A stretch of 32,000 nt of DNA from an uncultured bacterium (GTDB taxonomy: Bacteria > GCA-001730085), in the NCBI GenBank assembly GCA_964565945.1, contig CAZMGY010000025.1, positions 1 to 32,000 of the forward strand, given 5' to 3'. The stretch's first letter is position 1, and every line of letters begins with the position of its first letter. Below are positions 26,783 through 32,000 of the stretch, in pieces. The translations under genes and the position numbers were made by a program. The notes under the pieces were generated by a model, which had not been told where the DNA came from, did no database searches, and was given only the letters and a program-made list of their open reading frames with translations.

Positions 26783-27487
26783 TTAATACTCGGGTAATAG
26801 ATTCAAGGGGTTAACCACCTTACCATGTTTGCGAATTTCGAAGTGTAGAACAGGATGAATCGTATCTCCCGTCTGTCCCAAGCTCGCAATTTTTTGTCCT
26901 TGCTTAACAACACCCCCCTCTTTAACGTAGGTTTGTCCTAAGTGTGCATACACCGTACTATAAGTATCTTGATGATCAATCACCACCAAACGCCCCATAC
27001 CGCGCAAGGTATCGTTAAAAGTAACAACTCCCGTCTTAGAAGCAACAACCGCGGACCCAATCTTGGCCCAAATATCCACACCTTTGTTTTTAATACGTCC
27101 TTTGTCTTCGCCAAATAAAATATCAACACGACCATTTTGAACAGGGCGAAAAAAGACACTTTCAGTCTTCACTTTTTTGTGTGTTTTACGAATTACAGGA
27201 CGCTGTGCAGTTTTTTTCTGGTCGACATGTGGGACAAAGACCAATTGTCCCACGCGGAGTTGATTGTAATCCCGAATATGATTGACTCGAGCCAAAGCAA
27301 CAATATCAACACCGTAAGTCTTCGAGATTCGCCATAAGGTTTCCCCTCTTTCTACTTCATGATAGACACCTTTGTTAAAATTAACAGATGCTTGAGGAAA
27401 CTGAGGAATAAACAAACGACTGGAACGCGCACAGCCTCCCACATAAACACTTAACCCAATCATTGCAATCACAAACACCGATCTCAT
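26783..27487 (-). CDS. nlpD: LysM-domain M23 peptidase lipoprotein (NlpD-like)
   Basis: I prefer the ATG at 27487, giving MRSVFVIAMIGLSVYVGGC (lipobox). It has a LysM domain (YHEVERGETLWRISKTYGVDIVALARVN) and an M23 core (GVDIWA...HLGQ...GQTGDTIHPVLHFEIR). The track start at 27586 would overlap tldD. Confidence 0.88.
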   Translation of the reverse strand: MRSVFVIAMIGLSVYVGGCARSSRLFIPQFPQASVNFNKGVYHEVERGETLWRISKTYGVDIVALARVNHIRDYNQLRVGQLVFVPHVDQKKTAQRPVIRKTHKKVKTESVFFRPVQNGRVDILFGEDKGRIKNKGVDIWAKIGSAVVASKTGVVTFNDTLRGMGRLVVIDHQDTYSTVYAHLGQTYVKEGGVVKQGQKIASLGQTGDTIHPVLHFEIRKHGKVVNPLNLLPEY

Positions 27488-27500
27488 ACGATGTAAGAGT

Positions 27501-29078
27501 TTAACCACAATTGATCCCTTTCCATAAAATCCATGGTCCACCAGAACCCGCTTCAACAGATTCTTTATGATACTTACCACATCCACCCCATTTGTTATAA
27601 GGCGTCACAGAAGCATCACCGTCATCGTCCACTTTAGACTTTGCCACAATCCCATTCAATAAGGTGGGAACAGGATCTGAAAGCTCAATATGTCCTCCTT
27701 TGGGACCCAAAAACACGCGCCCCGTTAATTGCCCTTGCTTAATTTCTTGCAAATACTCCGTTCCAACTGTTAACCCCATTCCTTTAGGGTCTTCCATACC
27801 CCCATAAGCATTCTCGGCCAAAAAGCCATCGTCTACCATGGCAATCAATTCATCCAAAGTTTTATCTCCAGCCGTAAAGTAGGTGTTGGTTTGGCGAGCC
27901 ATAATCGGATTACGCCACGACTCCCTCTTGCCATTCGATTGGCGTGGCGACTGGCCATTCACATCACCAACCAGCGAACTTATCAAATCATTCATCGGCG
28001 TTTGCAAATACCCTTTGTCTAAAATGACATGTTCTCGAGCCAACTGACCTTCGTCATCAAAAAAGTGGGATCCATTTTGCCCATAATTCAACTTACCCAT
28101 ACGAAAGACCGCAGCATTATTCACAATGCTGGCTTGTTCATTTCCAACCGGAGTCCCCTCTTTTTTAAGGTCTGGGGCACAACTACGTCCATAACGGCAG
28201 GTATCTCCTTCTTGGGTATGCCCAAAAGCCTCGTGCGCAATGACTCCTGTCACATCGGGTCCAGTAATCACCTGATAGCGACCTGGCTTCAAGAGCTCAG
28301 CGCCCTCAATTTTGACAGACATCTTTGCAAGCTGCTCTAAATCTGCATCACTCAACGTTGCTGCTTCAAACCCAGCCATACCTCCCGAAATCTCCCGCAC
28401 AGTACGTCCTTTGGGAGAAACAGCATAAGCATAAGCTAGCGATGTTAACAGGGCTTGTGACATATTCTTTTCACGATCGATGAAAATCTTGGTTTTGATT
28501 TTCTGCCTCAAAAGCACCCCCACCATATTCGCACTATCACTGGCCTTATCTTTAAGATAAGTTTTCATGTCACGAGCTTTTTGACTCATCCAAATCAAAT
28601 CGGTTTCTTCAGGATCTATTTCGAAAGGTGTGCCAAAATGAACTTCTGTTTGCGAACTTAAACCTTGAGGCAATTGCTCTTTCATAAGCGGGTCCAATTG
28701 AGACAAGTGTTCATCAGCCCAAGCTATCGGAACATAATTGATCTGTTCCAACAAAGAAGATCCTTCCACATCTCCAACAAAACGCAAGGTTTCTTCGCGA
28801 AACTTTTGAGCCTTATGAATCAAATCATTTTGCTCTAATTGATTCGTGGCGCATTCAAAATTGTGGCCACGAATCAACAGACGCATCACAAGTCCACGAT
28901 CACACTTGACAACAACAGAATCGGTCAAGGAAGCACTAACCGACTTTTGCGCCAAATCATCCAGAGTCACAAACACATAACCATCGTGACCTTCTTGCAG
29001 GATATCTAAAATATGTGGCATAAATTCACGTATACGTTGCAAATGTTTAGGAAATTTAACTTTGTTCATTGCGTTCAC
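27501..29078 (-). CDS. tldD: TldD-like metalloprotease (TldD/PmbA family)
   Basis: It has the HEAFGH zinc motif and a C-terminal GGCGK-type Gly-rich block. It is paired with a second family member upstream. The start is GTG 29078 (GTGA overlap) or ATG 29069. Confidence 0.82.
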   Translation of the reverse strand: MNAMNKVKFPKHLQRIREFMPHILDILQEGHDGYVFVTLDDLAQKSVSASLTDSVVVKCDRGLVMRLLIRGHNFECATNQLEQNDLIHKAQKFREETLRFVGDVEGSSLLEQINYVPIAWADEHLSQLDPLMKEQLPQGLSSQTEVHFGTPFEIDPEETDLIWMSQKARDMKTYLKDKASDSANMVGVLLRQKIKTKIFIDREKNMSQALLTSLAYAYAVSPKGRTVREISGGMAGFEAATLSDADLEQLAKMSVKIEGAELLKPGRYQVITGPDVTGVIAHEAFGHTQEGDTCRYGRSCAPDLKKEGTPVGNEQASIVNNAAVFRMGKLNYGQNGSHFFDDEGQLAREHVILDKGYLQTPMNDLISSLVGDVNGQSPRQSNGKRESWRNPIMARQTNTYFTAGDKTLDELIAMVDDGFLAENAYGGMEDPKGMGLTVGTEYLQEIKQGQLTGRVFLGPKGGHIELSDPVPTLLNGIVAKSKVDDDGDASVTPYNKWGGCGKYHKESVEAGSGGPWILWKGINCG

Positions 29079-30445
29079 GCTCCAACAATACTCACACCAT
29101 TCATAATCAACATCTTTGAGGGACCATAATATCCCTTACCTTCGTAAAAGCCTGTACCTGGAAAGTTTACGGTGCCCAGCTCTTTAGAAAAATAGCAATG
29201 CTTTAAATTTTCACGCACTTGTCCCGAGACAACCCCTCCCTTAAACAAAGTAACAGAACCATCCTCGTTATACTGCTTAGCCAGCTTAATCTCACTGCTC
29301 CAAGTGAGCTTGTTATCGTCCACCAATAGAGATGAAAATTTGATCACTTCAATCACGTTGGGAACTTTATACCTCAAATCATCAACCGAATACTCCCCCG
29401 AAGAAAGCACCATGTTTCCTAAAATACCGTTGGCCTGCTTGCCTAAATATTGTCCAAAACGATTGCCAACGATTTGGGTTTGAATTTGCCCTTCCACAAT
29501 CACATCCGCTGCTTGCGCAATCAACCCATCTCCTGTGTAAGGCGAGCTGTCCACCATAGCCGGCAAAAAGGGATCCAATCGCAAATGAAGCGCGTCCCCT
29601 TCACTTTCCAGTCGATCTCCCTCTTGCAAACAAGGAAATTTGTAATATTCATTGGCACAGTTCAGCTGAGAACGTAAGGCCGCCATAAACGAAGAAATCG
29701 CATCTTCGTTCACTAAAACCACGGCCGACTCGCTTGTGGTCGGCTCCTGGGTTTGCCCCAAAATCAATGTTTCCTCGGCAGTTTTACGAATAAATTCGCT
29801 TACCTTCAAATCATCATGCGACATAGAAGTGAGCACATTGTTCACTTCTTGGTTTTGATGGTCAGGTGTTTTTTCCATCGCCACTTCAAAATAAATATCC
29901 GATAGGTCTTTCCGCATCTGAACACCCGTGCTTGAAAAACGCTGAACACATGATTTGCAGACATAAAGTTCCGCAGTGGTCACCGCAACACCCTCGAGCC
30001 CAACCATCGTTTGTTTAGCTTCGCGCTCGATGTCTAGCACAACAGCTTGTGGATCTTGCAAAATAGCATCATCAGCCGTCTTAACCCTAGCATAATCTTC
30101 TTGAGGAGGTTGGACAGGATCCCACATTTTATTAGGATTATTTTGAGCCATCTGAATGGCCAGCGCCAACTGCTCATCCAAAGGAGCATCACAATCCACA
30201 TCAAGACTAGCTTGTCCAATCATACCTTCTTGATCGACAGGTACCAAAACCTCTAAGGCATAGGACACTTCGTCCACTTGACGAATTTGGTGCGGACACA
30301 AGATAAGCTCTTCGTCGCTCTGATACAAACGCTGAAAGCTCTCACGAAAAACAGAGCGAATTTCCCACCAAAACAACTGCTCACTCTGCTGCTCCAAATA
30401 TAAATGTAACTCTTGAAAAAAACTGGTTTGCATCGACGTCAACAT
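29075..30445 (-). CDS. pmbA: PmbA/TldE-like partner of TldD (divergent)
   Basis: It has the family size and operon position, lacks an HExxxH motif, and has a C-terminal GxGFYEGKG Gly-rich segment. I prefer the ATG at 30445, because the GTG at 30457 sits inside the AAGGGGTGA Shine-Dalgarno sequence. Confidence 0.65.
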   Translation of the reverse strand: MLTSMQTSFFQELHLYLEQQSEQLFWWEIRSVFRESFQRLYQSDEELILCPHQIRQVDEVSYALEVLVPVDQEGMIGQASLDVDCDAPLDEQLALAIQMAQNNPNKMWDPVQPPQEDYARVKTADDAILQDPQAVVLDIEREAKQTMVGLEGVAVTTAELYVCKSCVQRFSSTGVQMRKDLSDIYFEVAMEKTPDHQNQEVNNVLTSMSHDDLKVSEFIRKTAEETLILGQTQEPTTSESAVVLVNEDAISSFMAALRSQLNCANEYYKFPCLQEGDRLESEGDALHLRLDPFLPAMVDSSPYTGDGLIAQAADVIVEGQIQTQIVGNRFGQYLGKQANGILGNMVLSSGEYSVDDLRYKVPNVIEVIKFSSLLVDDNKLTWSSEIKLAKQYNEDGSVTLFKGGVVSGQVRENLKHCYFSKELGTVNFPGTGFYEGKGYYGPSKMLIMNGVSIVGA

Positions 30446-30481
30446 AATGAATTTCACCCCTTTTTCAACACGACAGGGGGC

Positions 30482-30509
30482 ATTATAACATAAGCAAACA
30501 CTTTGTCAT
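30482..30509 (-). promoter_or_regulatory. Candidate promoter of the pmbA-tldD-nlpD operon
   Basis: The minus strand reads ATGACA-16 nt-TATAAT about 35 nt upstream of the pmbA start. It is divergent from ssrA. Confidence 0.4.
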
Positions 30510-30559
30510 CGCGCCCGTGGGGAACACAGGCTGTTTCGCTACATCTATCTTAAAAAATA

Positions 30560-30568
30560 TGTTATACT
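30560..30568 (+). promoter_or_regulatory. Candidate extended -10 (TGtTATACT) for ssrA
   Basis: atatgTTATACTttatgcttgtgg ends 12 nt before the mature tmRNA 5' G. No clear -35 was found. Confidence 0.35.
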
Positions 30569-30580
30569 TTATGCTTGTGG

Positions 30581-31016
30581 GGGGGCGACCAGGTTTCGAC
30601 CGGGGTCATTGTGCTCCTGGTGGCATGTCGAGGACTCAGGTGGCCTCGTAAAAAACCTGAACTTTGATAGATGCTAAATCATCTGTTGAAAATAAGGGTG
30701 TTGCCGTGAACGATGCTAACAACGTGATCTCTTTGAACATGTTGAACAACATTCGTCCTATGGCAATGCCCTTCGCTGCGTAATATACGCTGCCGTCTGG
30801 TGCATCCTCGCCTATAGGGCTGCATAGGGCGTTCGGTTATATAGGCTAGCAAAGCAATTTTATCTGAGGTTGTGGCGCGAAGTTTTATCAGGCTAGTCGT
30901 TGTGATAATCCTGTCTTTCGGAGTACACAAAGGCGAATGTAAAGGAAAGACTAAGCATGTAGGCACCCAGAGTATAAACCTACGGGACGCGAGTTCGATT
31001 CTCGCCGCCTCCACCA
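30581..31016 (+). ncRNA. ssrA: tmRNA (SsrA), one-piece, CCA encoded
   Basis: The 5' end is GGGGGCGACCAGGTTTCGACCGGGG and the 3' end is GGACGCGAGTTCGATTCTCGCCGCCTCCACCA. The acceptor stem has a G3:U pair. A PK1-like GTCGAGG...GGCCTCGTAAAAAACCTGA segment parallels E. coli. The internal tag frame ends ...PFAA-TAA. Confidence 0.92.
30673..30783 (+). other. tmRNA tag-peptide reading frame (resume codon uncertain)
   Basis: The frame from GCT 30673 (12 nt after PK1, preceded by uagau as in E. coli) reads AKSSVENKGVAVNDANNVISLNMLNNIRPMAMPFAA-TAA. Later in-frame Ala codons at 30703 and 30715 would give 26- or 22-residue tags. Confidence 0.55.
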
Positions 31017-31023
31017 ATCGAAA

Positions 31024-31072
31024 TGCTAGACGAACCCTCGTCCATAAAGAGTTCCGGACTAGCATTTTTTTT
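31024..31072 (+). terminator. Candidate ssrA terminator
   Basis: An outer TGCTAG...CTAGCA stem encloses an inner GACGA-accc-TCGTC hairpin and is followed by T8 (31065-31072). The structure is weak or atypical. Confidence 0.35.
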
Positions 31073-31081
31073 GCCTTTTTT

Positions 31082-32000
31082 TCAGATCTTCCACCAGCAA
31101 ACGTATTGGTCACGCCTCCTAAGGATAAAAATGATGATTTTTCTCCAAGCTCGGGAGTTACAGTTTGGGAGTTTCCTGAGTGGTTCGTAAGTCAAGATGT
31201 AAAAAAAGGTGATTCTAAAACAAGATCACGTTATCTTGTTCATAAAACATCATTAAAGAGAAATAAATCTGAAGGTTTAGATCGTAATAAATACTCGGTT
31301 GTACCTGTTCGTTTTGTAAGAGCATGCAGAAAAGGACATATTGGTGATATAAACTGGCCAAAATTTGTCCATGGCGATGTTGACTGTAAAAGACAACTTT
31401 ATATGGAAGAAAGAGGAAGAAGTGGTGACCTTTCAGAAATATTTATAAAGTGTGAATGTGGAAAGTCGCAATCATTACTTGAAGCAAGTAAAATGGATCA
31501 ACATGCAATTGGCCCATGTGATGGGCACAGGCCATGGCTTGGTAACTGGGCAGAGGAAAAATGTGGAAAGCCAAATCGGTTATTAATTAGAAATGCTAGT
31601 AATGCCTACTTTCCTCAGATGATGAATGTTATTTCAATTCCTGCGAACGAAGATATTATTTCTGTTGATCTCGATAAAGTTTGGAATGATGTTAAAGAAG
31701 TGGAATCTTTAAGTGAGTTAAATCAACTTTTTAAATTTAATAAAAGTGCAAAAGAAAAACTATCTGCATATACTCCCGAGCAGATTTTTTCTTCTATAGA
31801 AGAAAAAAAGAATAATTCAAGAAATAACTCTTATAAACCTGTAAAGCAAGCTGAACTTGAGACACTTTTACTTAGTACCGATGAAATTGGAGAAGATAAA
31901 CCTGATGGTGCTTTTTTTGCAAGAAATCTTCCTCGTGAGAAGTGGGATCGACCTTGGATGGAGACTATTGACCGTGTGGTCTTAGTTCACAGACTAAGAG
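31082..32000 (+). CDS. Cys/His-rich protein resembling the N-terminal half of DISARM DrmB (DUF1998-type) defence proteins; the 5' end is apparently missing and the 3' end runs off the window
   Basis: The frame (phase of 31082) has no stop from 30845 to 32000, so it is absent from the ORF track. It contains VPVRFVRACRKGHIGDINWPKFVHGDVDCKRQLYMEERGRSGDLSEIFIKCECGKSQSLLEASKMDQHAIGPCDGHRPWLGNWAEEKCGKPNRLLIRNASNAYFPQMMNVISIP...ETIDRVVLVHRLR. Downstream of the tmRNA terminator the only in-frame start-type codons before Met 31397 are TTG 31106 and TTG 31325, and neither has a Shine-Dalgarno sequence. The family call is from memory of motif patterns and has not been searched. Confidence 0.5.

Noticed and set aside
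935-30256. Numerous 60-130-aa plus-strand ORFs in the track (for example 935..1204, 4920..5147, 8734..9072, 18622..18879, 22265..22606, 23167..23565, 23566..23904, 28029..28340, 30047..30256)
   Set aside because: All lie antisense within well-supported minus-strand genes (rluD, ileS, GT2, serA, dnaK, grpE, hrcA, tldD, pmbA). Their translations are low-complexity with no motifs. These are typical shadow ORFs.
30679-31113. 144-aa minus-strand ORF in the track
   Set aside because: It lies entirely antisense to the tmRNA gene and its terminator. It has no Shine-Dalgarno sequence and no recognisable motif. The structured RNA explains the region.
1-32000. CRISPR arrays, IS elements, integrases, long direct or inverted repeats
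   Set aside because: No spaced repeat arrays, transposase or integrase motifs, or long duplicated segments were noticed by eye. A dot-plot or repeat-finder run would be needed to exclude short dispersed repeats.

Overview
About 30 kb of co-directional, tightly packed minus-strand bacterial core genes, followed by ssrA (tmRNA) and a plus-strand, AT-richer gene that runs off the right edge. I cannot identify the organism; the window is roughly 40-45% GC by eye. The minus-strand genes, listed by ascending coordinate (so operon order is reversed), are: rluD, lgt, lspA, a dksA-like gene, ileS, a purine nucleoside phosphorylase, an orphan pilin-like gene, tsaD, a radical-SAM plus two-transferase cluster, an ECF sigma factor with a secreted His-rich YHS-like partner, arsC, an mnmC-like methyltransferase, rmuC, tRNA-Met and tRNA-Leu, a TIGR01212-type radical SAM, serA, dnaJ-dnaK-grpE-hrcA with a perfect CIRCE operator, and an envelope/protease cluster (M50 protease, OmpA-like, acidic anchored protein, LysM-M23, tldD, pmbA). 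Three things stand out. (1) Immediately after the tmRNA 3' CCA, a long frame that is absent from the ORF track (no stop in the window) encodes a Cys/His-rich protein. I read it as resembling the N-terminal half of DISARM DrmB (DUF1998) proteins. It has no credible start codon and no upstream helicase partner, so it looks like the eroded edge of a tmRNA-integrated defence island. (2) An ArsS-like radical SAM/Cys-rich gene and its two usual partner transferases are intact. The adjacent arsM is reduced to a roughly 109-codon remnant with in-frame stops, an ammonium-transporter fragment sits between the two transferases, and a 29-codon ORF is ATGA-coupled to the radical SAM gene. (3) Gene remnants are unusually dense (amt, arsM, arsR-like, nuoF/hydB-like, a GspE-N-like fragment, the drmB-like gene) among intact housekeeping genes, which suggests ongoing genome reduction. 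The tmRNA is long (436 nt) and has a tag frame that could encode up to 36 residues. All family assignments come from motif recognition by eye; no database search was run. No CRISPR array, transposase or integrase was seen in the window.
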